Assembly (NCBI GenBank): GCA_964606405.1
Contig: CAZSGH010000002.1
Coordinates: forward strand, 34,719 to 98,718
DNA: 64,000 nucleotides
Source of the DNA: an uncultured Francisella sp.
GTDB taxonomy: Bacteria; Pseudomonadota; Gammaproteobacteria; Thiomicrospirales; Thiomicrospiraceae
Direction of reading: 5' to 3'
The notes below the pieces were generated by a model. It was not told the DNA's origin and did not search any database. It was given only the letters and a program-made list of their open reading frames with translations. Positions 45,581 to 54,703 of this stretch are shown here, piece after piece. Positions within the stretch are counted from its first letter, which is position 1. Every line of letters starts with the position of its first letter. A program made the position numbers and the translations under genes.

Positions 45581-45646
45581 AACTAACGTTTGAGTTCAGC
45601 CGCCTGAACGCTTTTTGCAAAGGTCGGCTGCAACGATGGGTTGGGC
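45581..45646 (-). other. attC-like site
   Basis: Minus strand: GCCCAAC..TT-G-CAGCCG-A-CC..GGCGGCTGAA..GTTAGTT, with two extrahelical bases. Confidence 0.75.
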
Positions 45647-46453
45647 CTAGGCATTGATTAAACCAAACCCAGTATTGAAGTAAGGATGAATGGAAACGTC
45701 CATATGATTGAGCCAGTCTGCATACGAGGACAGATCGTTCAATAGCTGCACAAAAGGGAATCCTCGCAAGTCTTCTTCCAATGGCATTAGGTAGAAGGTG
45801 TCTTTCGGAATTACGCAACCGGTCGACGCGCGTGTTTCACTTCGAAAGAACCTAATCATGTATTTCCGGTTAACGACTATTCCTTTCGGATAGCGGCGGT
45901 ACGGAATATTAGGATGGTTACTATAAAAGGCATTTACATGAGCAAGGCACGTTTCGCCGCTGATACCTTCGTAAGCGAATACGTATAGCGACGGATGGCG
46001 TTCAAGAAACGCTTCGCTTGATCCGGTCTTAAGAATTTTGAAGCCAAATGCTTCCATGCTTGGCTCAGGAATGCTGGATAAATTAGTAAGCGCATCAATC
46101 AAGGAGGCCTGATTTAAGGTCGTTTTGACTGTAATTGCACCCGCAACGCTTTCTGTTGTGACAAAGGTCTTTTCATTTTCGTCAAACCTCACACCAAGGT
46201 CATTTGAAACAATCACATCGATCTGTCCGGATTCACTGCCGTTGTGAGAAATGACCTGTCCGCCAAGAGAGGCATAGAGTCGCCTTGGGAGATGGCGAAG
46301 CAAGAAATCTCTAACAATATCTTCCCGATTTGACCCAATGTCTGGTCGGTGTTGTGCGGTGCTTGCGATAAGCGAAGCACTTGCGATCTTGTCTGCGACT
46401 CCGTTGAAGTAGTTTTGAATTCTTGTCACCGCAAACTCCCTGTGTAGGCCCAA
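45647..46453 (-). CDS. PD-(D/E)xK-like nuclease-fold protein (DUF6602-like by recollection)
   Basis: GSNREDIVRDFLLRHLPRR, SGQIDVIVSND and TESVAGAITVKT give a D...E.K arrangement. The true start may be GTG at 46429. Confidence 0.55.
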   Translation of the reverse strand: MGLHREFAVTRIQNYFNGVADKIASASLIASTAQHRPDIGSNREDIVRDFLLRHLPRRLYASLGGQVISHNGSESGQIDVIVSNDLGVRFDENEKTFVTTESVAGAITVKTTLNQASLIDALTNLSSIPEPSMEAFGFKILKTGSSEAFLERHPSLYVFAYEGISGETCLAHVNAFYSNHPNIPYRRYPKGIVVNRKYMIRFFRSETRASTGCVIPKDTFYLMPLEEDLRGFPFVQLLNDLSSYADWLNHMDVSIHPYFNTGFGLINA

Positions 46454-46458
46454 CCATA

Positions 46459-46733
46459 ATTATACGGCAAGCCTGCCGTATAACACCTACTAACAGTTTT
46501 CATCATAATTAAAACCTCAGTTTAACAACAACTTCATTATAACGTGCCGCATAACATATTCTGCACCTATTTTTGCAAGATAATAGCACAACACATAGTT
46601 ACTGTGATCAGTATCGAACGGGCATAATTTAAGGCTTCTGCACATCGGCGATGCCCAGTTAAACTGGTCAGGTCGCACACCCTCCCTAGCCTTCATCCGC
46701 AGTTTGTCCGACTGGATTTTGTGTCGAAATTGG
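46459..46733 (-). repeat. Conserved non-coding element, copy 3 (internally deleted)
   Basis: Has the same hairpin, leader ORF and promoter-like part as copy 2, plus the distal ~95 nt of the core. The central ~270 nt are missing. Confidence 0.85.
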
Positions 46734-46735
46734 TT

Positions 46736-47308
46736 TCATACTGACAGAGCGTACCCCATAAATTCATTTTTAGTTTTACTTGTTTTGGAGGACAAAAACT
46801 CTTTAAGTTTATTAAAGTCATCAGGGTATAAATTGTTATACACGTCCCATGTAACTTTTATAGCTACAATAATAGGCATAACAACAAGGAAAAAGACTAG
46901 CAACACAGGAGATCTTGCGATAACTCCAAAAGCCATAATCATTGATAGTTTCTTTTCTAATAAGGCAACTTCACTTAATAAGACTGGATTATCTTCACGA
47001 AAAAAAGTTGTTAAGGGAGCACATCTTGCGTTCACATTGCCTTTAAGAAAAAGGTGAAACGTCAGCAGCCTTTGCCAAGTGGCTTTGTGAGTAAATCTTA
47101 TGAGAGAATTGATCCTTCTAACACCTTCAATATAACCATCTTCATCAAAAGAAATTGTGTTATTAGCTGCTAGATTAAAAAGCACATCGCGTTGCTCAAA
47201 AAGCCTTTGCCTAACAACAGACTCTATCAAAGATGGCCACAAGTAAAACCAAAGCACTAATAAAAACAGAAATGCGAAACCATTAATCATATCTGATAAG
47301 CTAATCAT
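46736..47308 (-). CDS. Membrane protein
   Basis: 190 aa with TM helices at both ends, last gene of the recombinase operon. Confidence 0.45.
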   Translation of the reverse strand: MISLSDMINGFAFLFLLVLWFYLWPSLIESVVRQRLFEQRDVLFNLAANNTISFDEDGYIEGVRRINSLIRFTHKATWQRLLTFHLFLKGNVNARCAPLTTFFREDNPVLLSEVALLEKKLSMIMAFGVIARSPVLLVFFLVVMPIIVAIKVTWDVYNNLYPDDFNKLKEFLSSKTSKTKNEFMGYALSV

Positions 47309-47319
47309 ATTTCTTATCC

Positions 47320-47694
47320 TTAATTGTCACTTGGATTTGTTGAACCACTAGGCAATATACCACTAGATTGACGATTAGGATGAATCATCAGCTCTAACTC
47401 TCTGATTCGTTCATGCATTATTTCTGTTTTTGATTTTCGAAAACGTCGCTCCATAAAGCCCCACAATGCAAGCCCTACTAATGCCAATGTACACCAGATA
47501 GGTTTAAAGAAAAAACCATTATTACCATCATCGAATGCAACACTAATATCTGCCAAGGTGGTTAACCCCGCAAACTTTGGAATAATCTCTATTGCAGCAT
47601 AAGCTAAAACACCGACCTTTCCCAGCCCCGACAAAAGACTAAACGTCTTGTCGATCACCATCTTAGTAAGTTCAAATTTTTGCTGTTTAGTCAC
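47320..47694 (-). CDS. Membrane protein
   Basis: 124 aa with 2-3 TM helices. Confidence 0.45.
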   Translation of the reverse strand: MTKQQKFELTKMVIDKTFSLLSGLGKVGVLAYAAIEIIPKFAGLTTLADISVAFDDGNNGFFFKPIWCTLALVGLALWGFMERRFRKSKTEIMHERIRELELMIHPNRQSSGILPSGSTNPSDN

Positions 47695-47706
47695 TTCGTA
47701 GCACCA

Positions 47707-49074
47707 TCAAACATTATTGAACTGTATTCTATCAGAAGTCCACAATGCCATCGCCATCATTTTATCTAAGGATATTAGGCCTGCTGGAAAGATAAACTCC
47801 ATCTTATCTAGACTCACAGTTACTGGTTCACTGGTTTCGTCTGGTAGTTTGGGTGGATTAGGTACTTTAATAGCGTCCCACACCAACGTTTCGAGTTTTT
47901 CCTGTTTGTAAAAAGCCAGCTTTTTTGCCTTTTGTACAAGGTAAGCTTGCGAGTTCATTCCTAATACTTCAATGTTGACGGGCTTAGGTGTATCGAGAAG
48001 GACAAAGTCAGGCACAATAGCACCAACTCGATGTGTCAGTGGTTTTGCAAAGCGTCGTCCTTCTGCAACAAGCTTTGAAACCATAACCTCTTCGTAACTA
48101 CCTGCAATAGGAATAAAGTGGCGAGTCGTCATCATGATTGCCATGTCAGAAATCAGCATGCGCATATTCTTTTTAGAAGAATTAAACTTAAAAGCCTTTA
48201 CCAGCATGACAAAACAGTACTTGTTCTTGTCTGGTCGTGAAAAAGCCGCTAACTCACGCCCGAAGCTTCTAAATAGTCGGTCCGCTAATGATGGATGTAA
48301 ATAAAAGTTTTGCATACCGTGCATGAATTTGAGCTTGATATTGAATCCACCACTTTTGGCTTCATTGATAAACAGCAGTTCGCCCAACATAAACGATGCC
48401 GTGTCAGGTGATAAGCCATTTATTGCGACAGCTGTAAAGCCATCGACAGGCTTTACAGCTGTAGCTGGCTTCTTAATGACCGTAAGAGACTCTTTAAGTG
48501 ATTGCTTGCCGTTAAGAATAACGGGCGTATCTGTTAAGTAGTCATCCATTAAATGATGAACTGTGTTCCATGATCGAGGATACTGACGGTCAGGATACCA
48601 TTGATTCAGCCGCACCTGTTCCCACATGAAATGTAACAGTCCCAACATATTTGTTGGCGCTTCTATTCTTTTTGCATGAGCAGGTGCATAGTTTGCAATA
48701 TCACTACTGGCTGGCAACTCACCGATCTCATTTTTTCGACGGGTCAACAAACCAGCAAGTCGCACATTAATACTACCGTCACCACCTTGGGAAATCCCCA
48801 TTAAAGCATCTTTATTGGCACCAGCTTGAGGATCGTAATACAAATGACAGGTAAGCGCATGCTCGACCATAGTGCCAGTAGTCCGCATTAAGAAATAACG
48901 TTGTTTGACTCGCGAAGCTACCACATACATTGGAACACCTGAAGCCTGGCAATCACACATGGGATGATGTTTGCCTTCATAAGCGCGATGCAGCACATCC
49001 TGTGCAGCGTGGTTAAGTGGATCTGTTAACCAGTCAGCGCGATGTTTCTCATTCCCGATTGCAATACGACTCAT
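47707..49074 (-). CDS. Cys/His-cluster protein of unknown function (possibly DUF1173-like)
   Basis: 455 aa with HHPMCDCQ...HALTCH near the N-terminus. Its ATG overlaps the recombinase stop (ATGA). Confidence 0.5.
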   Translation of the reverse strand: MSRIAIGNEKHRADWLTDPLNHAAQDVLHRAYEGKHHPMCDCQASGVPMYVVASRVKQRYFLMRTTGTMVEHALTCHLYYDPQAGANKDALMGISQGGDGSINVRLAGLLTRRKNEIGELPASSDIANYAPAHAKRIEAPTNMLGLLHFMWEQVRLNQWYPDRQYPRSWNTVHHLMDDYLTDTPVILNGKQSLKESLTVIKKPATAVKPVDGFTAVAINGLSPDTASFMLGELLFINEAKSGGFNIKLKFMHGMQNFYLHPSLADRLFRSFGRELAAFSRPDKNKYCFVMLVKAFKFNSSKKNMRMLISDMAIMMTTRHFIPIAGSYEEVMVSKLVAEGRRFAKPLTHRVGAIVPDFVLLDTPKPVNIEVLGMNSQAYLVQKAKKLAFYKQEKLETLVWDAIKVPNPPKLPDETSEPVTVSLDKMEFIFPAGLISLDKMMAMALWTSDRIQFNNV

Positions 49075-49631
49075 TCGACTTCCTTGATGGTGCGGTAGTA
49101 AGTGGCTCTGCTTATCTTAAAGCGTTTTGCAATTTCAGTGGGACTAATTTCTTGATTATTAGACATCAATTTAATCATTTTTTTATCAGAATCACTTAGA
49201 CTGACAGGACGTCCACCTTTACGACCACGCGCACGCGCTGTTTCCAGCCCTGCTCTTGTACGCTCACGAATAAGGTCACGTTCAAACTCTGCTAAAGCAC
49301 CCATGATATGGAACAGAAGTTTACCCGCTGGTGTGTTTGTTTCAATCTGCTCAGTTAGCGACTCAAACCCTATTCCTCTATTGGCAATATCTTGTACTAT
49401 CGTGATTAACTCTCTAGTACTTCTAGCCAATCGATCTAACTTCCATACCACAAGCACATCACCAACACGCAGCGCTTTTAGGCAAGCAGCTAACTCTGGT
49501 CGATCTTTACCAGACTTAGCACCAGATTGTGTTTCTTCGTATATAGTGTCGCAACCAGCAGCACGCAAAGCATCAATCTGAAGATCAACTGATTGTTGTA
49601 GTGTCGAGACACGGGCGTAGCCGATTTTCAT
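49071..49631 (-). CDS. Serine recombinase (resolvase/invertase family)
   Basis: MKIGYARVSTLQQSVDLQ (catalytic Ser), DRLARS, and a C-terminal HTH (ISPTEIAKRFKISRATYYR). Confidence 0.9.
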   Translation of the reverse strand: MKIGYARVSTLQQSVDLQIDALRAAGCDTIYEETQSGAKSGKDRPELAACLKALRVGDVLVVWKLDRLARSTRELITIVQDIANRGIGFESLTEQIETNTPAGKLLFHIMGALAEFERDLIRERTRAGLETARARGRKGGRPVSLSDSDKKMIKLMSNNQEISPTEIAKRFKISRATYYRTIKEVE

Positions 49632-49667
49632 ATTAGTTGTACCTATTGCCAACTCTCGGTGATTGGC

Positions 49668-50471
49668 TTACTGCGTCAGTATAAACTGGCTATTACATTT
49701 ATTGCAGGTGATATCTAGCGTTGGCTTTCCCCATAGATTTTCACCACACTCACATGTAAACTTACACTTACTTGTCATTGGTTTATTAGGGTGCACAGCC
49801 TGAACAGATACGCTTACTGCAGCAGTTTCTATAGCCGCATCCATACTATCCTCGGCGCTTGTGTTATCCAATGTGAGGTGAGGAACAACTAACAAGGATT
49901 CCGAAGCGTTTTCCAAAATTTCTACTGCAAAGTTACGATCACTCATCATCGAGTATGTGGATGTATTTTTGGGCAAGAAGCGATCGTACCAAGCAACGAT
50001 AAATCCTTGCTCAAATAGTTTGTTGCACACCATCATGAACTTGCCGTCGGCAATTGCGTAATCTGCCATTTTTTGACCTGTTTTCTTGCCACCAATGCGA
50101 CCTGTATCGCTTGGCATTAAACCGATACTCTCCATTTTCGTCGCCCACTCTTGATTGTGGTAACTTTTCTGGCTTGGTTTACCGTATTGAGTTTGCCAAA
50201 GGTGGCACATCTCATGAACAATCGTCTGTAATACTTCAATTAATGGCTTAATACCAAAGAAATCTGGATTTAATGCCAGTTCATGCGTAAAGGTATTCTT
50301 ATCTCCTACCGCTACAAATCGATTGTACGACATATATCCGTAGGTATTCGCTTGCCTCTGCAGTGTAATCAAACTATTGTCTAAGGTACCATCGAATAGT
50401 TCGATATTGAAAGTATCATAAGCATGTTGAAGTGCGCCGTACAATTGTGGAGTTGGCTTATTCTTAGTCAT
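49668..50471 (-). CDS. SprT-like zinc metallopeptidase-domain protein with C-terminal zinc ribbon
   Basis: HEMCHLWQ (HExxH) and C-terminal CKFTCECGENLWGK...CNKCN. Confidence 0.78.
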   Translation of the reverse strand: MTKNKPTPQLYGALQHAYDTFNIELFDGTLDNSLITLQRQANTYGYMSYNRFVAVGDKNTFTHELALNPDFFGIKPLIEVLQTIVHEMCHLWQTQYGKPSQKSYHNQEWATKMESIGLMPSDTGRIGGKKTGQKMADYAIADGKFMMVCNKLFEQGFIVAWYDRFLPKNTSTYSMMSDRNFAVEILENASESLLVVPHLTLDNTSAEDSMDAAIETAAVSVSVQAVHPNKPMTSKCKFTCECGENLWGKPTLDITCNKCNSQFILTQ

Positions 50472-50748
50472 GATAGCAAACTACTAAATTAATATTATAT
50501 GGTACGATATAAATTATTTGCATATGCTCGGCTCTTGAGTTTTTTACAAGTTATGATACAGGTATTTGATACTTTGATTTTGACACAGTATTGAGACAGG
50601 ATTCAAGTGGTTTTTGATGAGTTTTATGGACAGTCTCAAAAACATCCGTTTTTAATACATAATTTTGATGTATTTAAAAGTCTAATCTTGTAGATTGTTC
50701 TCATCGTTTATGTTATAAAGAGCAGACATATAATATTTGGAAAAATAT

Positions 50749-51810
50749 ATGGCGCACTTAGAATATGTACCTTTCAGTAAAATTGACTTATCTGATAATT
50801 TTTTTGAGTCTCTTAAAGCAGATTATGCCGAGTTTTCTACTTGGTTCAACAAAAAAGCCGCTTGCGATGAGTATGCCTACGTTCTTTATGATGACGAAGA
50901 TAATCTCGTAGCCTTTTTGTATCTCAAGCTGGAACATGATGAGATCAAAGACGCTAGCCCACCTTTAACTAATAAGAAAAGACTAAAGGTGGGTACACTA
51001 AAGATCGAAGCGCACGGAACCAGGCTCGGTGAAAGAGTCATCAAGAAAATAATGGATCACGCAACAGAAAACAATGTAGAAGAAATTTATGTCACTGTTT
51101 TTCCAAAACATGAACAGTTAATCAAAGGACTTAAGCATTACGGCTTTTATCATACGGCGGACAAAAAATCAGCCAATGGAATAGAACAAGTCCTAGTAAA
51201 AAATGTTGGCATAAACTCTCACAACATCTACCAAGATTATCCTTTTGTTAAAGCGACAAGAAAAAAATGCTGGGTATTGAGCATCAAGCCAGAGTTCCAC
51301 ACTAAAATGTTTCCTGACTCAATACTTTCTAATGAGTCATACAACTTGTTAAATGATGTAGCTCCAACGAACACCATAAGAAAAATTTACATCACCGCTA
51401 TGGATTGCCTCACAATGATGTCCAAGGGTGACTTAGTATTCATTTATCGGACGAACGATGGGCAAGGTCCAGCATATTACAGATCTGTAGTAACTTCATT
51501 GTGTGTTGTAGACGAAGTATGGAACATCAATTACTTCAAAACTGAATCAGATTTTTTATCATATTGCTCGAAGGGCAGTATTTTTTCCATTGAAGAATTA
51601 AAACGATTCTACAAAGACAAAAAATATCCACATTTAATAAGAATGACCTACAACGTAGCCTTCAAAAAAAAGGTTACGAATAAACAACTGCAAGAAGAAC
51701 TAGGAATTTCACCATTCTACTGGGGATGTTTTTCTTTAACGTCAAAGCAATCTAAAACTCTTTTAGAACTTGGGCAATGTAACCCTCGCATCGTCCTATG
51801 GGAGCAATAA
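50749..51810 (+). CDS. GNAT acetyltransferase-like N-domain fused to ASCH/PUA-like C-domain
   Basis: GTRLGERVIKKIMDHA..EEIYVTVF is a GNAT motif A-like region. C-terminal KKCWVLSIKPEFHTKMF parallels VLLSIKPEFAEKIL of the ASCH protein at 53466. Confidence 0.55.
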   Translation: MAHLEYVPFSKIDLSDNFFESLKADYAEFSTWFNKKAACDEYAYVLYDDEDNLVAFLYLKLEHDEIKDASPPLTNKKRLKVGTLKIEAHGTRLGERVIKKIMDHATENNVEEIYVTVFPKHEQLIKGLKHYGFYHTADKKSANGIEQVLVKNVGINSHNIYQDYPFVKATRKKCWVLSIKPEFHTKMFPDSILSNESYNLLNDVAPTNTIRKIYITAMDCLTMMSKGDLVFIYRTNDGQGPAYYRSVVTSLCVVDEVWNINYFKTESDFLSYCSKGSIFSIEELKRFYKDKKYPHLIRMTYNVAFKKKVTNKQLQEELGISPFYWGCFSLTSKQSKTLLELGQCNPRIVLWEQ

Positions 51811-51812
51811 AA

Positions 51813-52958
51813 ATGAATAAGTTAAATTCCCTCGTCATATGGGTCGACAACAAAGAAGAGCGAGATTGGTCAAATGAATCTCTGGAGCCAACATCTAGCG
51901 AGCCAGGGAACTCTTCCACTTCTCTAGAATTAGACATAAACATATGGAAGCCTGATGACGATAACGGCTATTTGGAGATTGGCTTTAAAATAATGAATTG
52001 GAGCAATAAGTCTTGTTTGCACTGTATCCTACCTTTTTCCTTAAAGCAAACCGAGATAGTCGATAAGAGCCCTTTTTTAAGAGAGCATCCTGCTGTTTTA
52101 GAGGCGCTGTTTAACGACTCGTTAAAGATAGAAACTCATGAATTCGATCCCAGATTTGCTAAGATAACACGTTCAGAATCAAATTTTTATCTATTTAGTC
52201 CAGAAAGAAACTTGCGTATAGAAGACACCAACAATGATGACAAGCAAGAGAACACACACATCATCGTTGATATTCCCAAAGACACTTCTAAATTAGATAA
52301 AATTGATATTTACGTCCGCTTGAGATTTAAACCTTCAAGTTATGCGCCAATAATCACCAATGAAAACCTACCCGCTAGATTTTTTTCTGGCATGTCTGAA
52401 AAAATGACTTTTATAGACTTTCGCATAAACTCCATGAGAAGCATATCTTATAGCTTACGAACAAAAGCCAAAAGCACCGAAATTAACAAGGTCAAGTTTT
52501 TTCTGATAGTTGATGCCTGGAGTCAAGTTGTAATGGGAACGATTAAAAACAACTCATCAAGGCTCTTAGAAGAACAAATCTGGAGTGATTTTGTAAACCA
52601 TAATACCGAATCAAAAGATAAATCATACTTAGCTCTTCAGTGGGTAAAATGTGCTTTAATTAATCCTTTGTCATCACTGTGGAACACAATAACACTCAAT
52701 AAACAATCAAGATCTATGTATTATGTGGCTTATAACTGGTCTGAAGACAGAACAGAGAAGCCAAAAATAGGTTATGACAATTTCATTAAAGTGAAAAGTT
52801 CAAAGAGTTCTCGACGCTCCTTTTTTATAACGATAGGTGCTATACTCTTTGCGGGATTTTTAGCCTCCACAATCGCCAACATATTTTGGAGTCATGAGCT
52901 AACCCAGTGTTATCTATCACTTGCACCACAACAGGAGCAAAAAAATGCAAGTAATTAA
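51813..52958 (+). CDS. Hypothetical protein with C-terminal TM anchor
   Basis: Start at MNKLNSL with a GGGAG RBS. 381 aa with no family recognised. Confidence 0.45.
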   Translation: MNKLNSLVIWVDNKEERDWSNESLEPTSSEPGNSSTSLELDINIWKPDDDNGYLEIGFKIMNWSNKSCLHCILPFSLKQTEIVDKSPFLREHPAVLEALFNDSLKIETHEFDPRFAKITRSESNFYLFSPERNLRIEDTNNDDKQENTHIIVDIPKDTSKLDKIDIYVRLRFKPSSYAPIITNENLPARFFSGMSEKMTFIDFRINSMRSISYSLRTKAKSTEINKVKFFLIVDAWSQVVMGTIKNNSSRLLEEQIWSDFVNHNTESKDKSYLALQWVKCALINPLSSLWNTITLNKQSRSMYYVAYNWSEDRTEKPKIGYDNFIKVKSSKSSRRSFFITIGAILFAGFLASTIANIFWSHELTQCYLSLAPQQEQKNASN

Positions 52959-53427
52959 TGATCTAAGTAAGACCATTAGCAAAGAGCTTACTAGCGAGGC
53001 GGTTGTAACTGCTTTTAATCTTACGAAATCAGCTTCTGCATTTTATCCAGACTACGATACATGGTTTTGGGGTAGTGTCGCTACTGACATAGCTATGACA
53101 GATGAAAGAAAAATTATTCTTGAGTATTCTGGTTTGGCAGCGGTAGGAGTATCGATTATTAAGAATACTCAGTTTGAGAAAAAGCTGTGCAACCTTACTG
53201 TGCATCCAAACTACCGAGATAAAGGCTTTGGGATTAAGCTGTTCGAAAAAAGCTTCGAAGAACTTGGTACAGATAAGCCATTTTTAACCGTCTCTGAAGA
53301 AAAGTACCTTGAGTTTGAACGTTTATTCAAGCACTACGGCTTTAGAGTAACGAGTGTTCACGATGCCTTATATAGACCAGGAAAAGTCGAATACTTCCTC
53401 AATGAGGATGTGTCTAAGATAGTGTAA
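52945..53427 (+). CDS. GNAT family N-acetyltransferase
   Basis: Start at MQVINDL with an AGGAG RBS. Motif A is YRDKGFGIKLFEKSF (RxxGxG). Confidence 0.68.
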   Translation: MQVINDLSKTISKELTSEAVVTAFNLTKSASAFYPDYDTWFWGSVATDIAMTDERKIILEYSGLAAVGVSIIKNTQFEKKLCNLTVHPNYRDKGFGIKLFEKSFEELGTDKPFLTVSEEKYLEFERLFKHYGFRVTSVHDALYRPGKVEYFLNEDVSKIV

Positions 53428-53432
53428 CGAAT

Positions 53433-53459
53433 CAGTGCCATACGAAAGACGTACGGCAC
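53433..53459. terminator. Hairpin between convergent genes
   Basis: AGTGCCATACG-aaaga-CGTACGGCACT with no strong U-tract. Confidence 0.4.
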
Positions 53460-53465
53460 TCGACT

Positions 53466-53846
53466 TTATCTATCCAAATAACAAAATGATTGTGGTGGTG
53501 TTTTAATCCCTAGGCTTCCTAAGTTGATAGGACTATCGTAACAAAACACTCGCCCCACCTTAATTGCATACCCTTTTCTCTTCCCTTCAAAGTAAGCATC
53601 AAAATATTTCCTATCAATTCCAGATCCTTGTGATGTTTTCTCCCACAATTCTGCTGGCGACATCTCGTAAACATCGTCAATGCTAAACTCTCCAACCACC
53701 TTCTGAACGGGACTAGATGCGTATATTACAACCGCACTGATATTAGGCTCCTTAAATACAGCACGCCTGAATTCGAACGTTTTCTCGCCAGAAAGAATTT
53801 TTTCTGCAAACTCTGGTTTTATTGACAGTAGCACTTTCATATTCAT
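53466..53846 (-). CDS. ASCH-domain protein
   Basis: 126 aa. KVLLSIKPEFAEKILSGEKTFEFRR is the typical ASCH N-terminal strand-helix-strand. Confidence 0.72.
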   Translation of the reverse strand: MNMKVLLSIKPEFAEKILSGEKTFEFRRAVFKEPNISAVVIYASSPVQKVVGEFSIDDVYEMSPAELWEKTSQGSGIDRKYFDAYFEGKRKGYAIKVGRVFCYDSPINLGSLGIKTPPQSFCYLDR

Positions 53847-53908
53847 ATTGCCTTTAATTTGTTGAGTTGATATTATACCACATCACATATTCAAATATTC
53901 AAATTAAA

Positions 53909-54244
53909 ATGAAAAAAAGCATAGACATAATCAATCGCTTACTAATTGATTGGAAAGAGAAAAACCCAAGAAAGCAACTATTAATTCAAGAAAAAACAGG
54001 AATAGATCAGTCCCAAGTTTCAAAAATACTATCTGGAAAATCAAGAAGGATATCAAACAACGTCATTAAAGTATGCAAATATGCAAAAATAGACATTGAT
54101 AGTGATGATAAATTAAAAGTCAGCGAACCACTAATGTCTGCGGTATTGAATGCTTGGGACGGCAGCAAAGAGTCAGAACTATTAATCATAGACATATTAA
54201 ATAATATCGGTAGACTTAGTACTCGTTCGTTCAGTTATGACTAA
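53909..54244 (+). CDS. HTH DNA-binding protein
   Basis: Start at MKKSIDIINRL. Contains IQEKTGIDQSQVSKILSGK. Divergent from the ASCH gene. Confidence 0.6.
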   Translation: MKKSIDIINRLLIDWKEKNPRKQLLIQEKTGIDQSQVSKILSGKSRRISNNVIKVCKYAKIDIDSDDKLKVSEPLMSAVLNAWDGSKESELLIIDILNNIGRLSTRSFSYD

Positions 54245-54407
54245 TTACCATTTACACAACGCTTTGCTCAGCTCTCGTCGCATTAGGTGAACAAGTTTTA
54301 TATCTATTTTGGATAAATAGGTCGCAAACATTTCTCTAATTCTGAGACTCGTGATAGATTTTATCTCGCAGCGACTTGCTGCAGCAAAATTAGAAGTGAC
54401 ATGCAAT

Positions 54408-54662
54408 ATGCAGAAACGAACTTTAACGCTCATCTTGTTTTCACTATCGGCTTCAGCCTACGCACATGAGGACATCAAAGAACAGCCTTACTGTATTTAT
54501 GCTGACCAGAAATTCTCTATTGGCAGTGAACAAAAAGAAACGTCAAACGACAATAGTCAAAGTAATACTGGTTGGATTTGCTATAGTTGTCCAACAGGAC
54601 CACAGTGGTTAAGCTTTAGTCAAACCAGTGTTTACAAGCCCACAAAAAACAATTGCCAGTAA
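54408..54662 (+). CDS. Small secreted Cys-containing protein
   Basis: Start at MQKRTLTLILFSLSASAYA (signal peptide). 84 aa. Confidence 0.45.
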   Translation: MQKRTLTLILFSLSASAYAHEDIKEQPYCIYADQKFSIGSEQKETSNDNSQSNTGWICYSCPTGPQWLSFSQTSVYKPTKNNCQ

Positions 54663-54691
54663 CAAAAAACCCACGCCTTACGGCGTGGGTT
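54662..54691 (-). terminator. Rho-independent terminator of the helicase gene
   Basis: AACCCACGCC-gtaa-GGCGTGGGTT followed by T6 on the minus strand. Confidence 0.7.
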
Positions 54692-54703
54692 CTTGCGGTA
54701 GTT

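Larger units (their letters stand above)
38951..46454 (-). mobile_element. Integrase-less integron cassette array (CALIN-like), 8 single-ORF cassettes on the minus strand
   Basis: Seven attC-like sites each follow one ORF, and the next ORF starts 14-29 nt after the GTTRRRY-like core. No intI-like gene is present in the window. Confidence 0.75.

Noticed and set aside
46734-50471. Search for an integron integrase (intI) upstream of the first cassette
   Set aside because: The only recombinase there is a 186-aa serine resolvase/invertase on the same strand as the cassettes. No tyrosine recombinase with an IntI-type insertion is present, so I call the array integrase-less.
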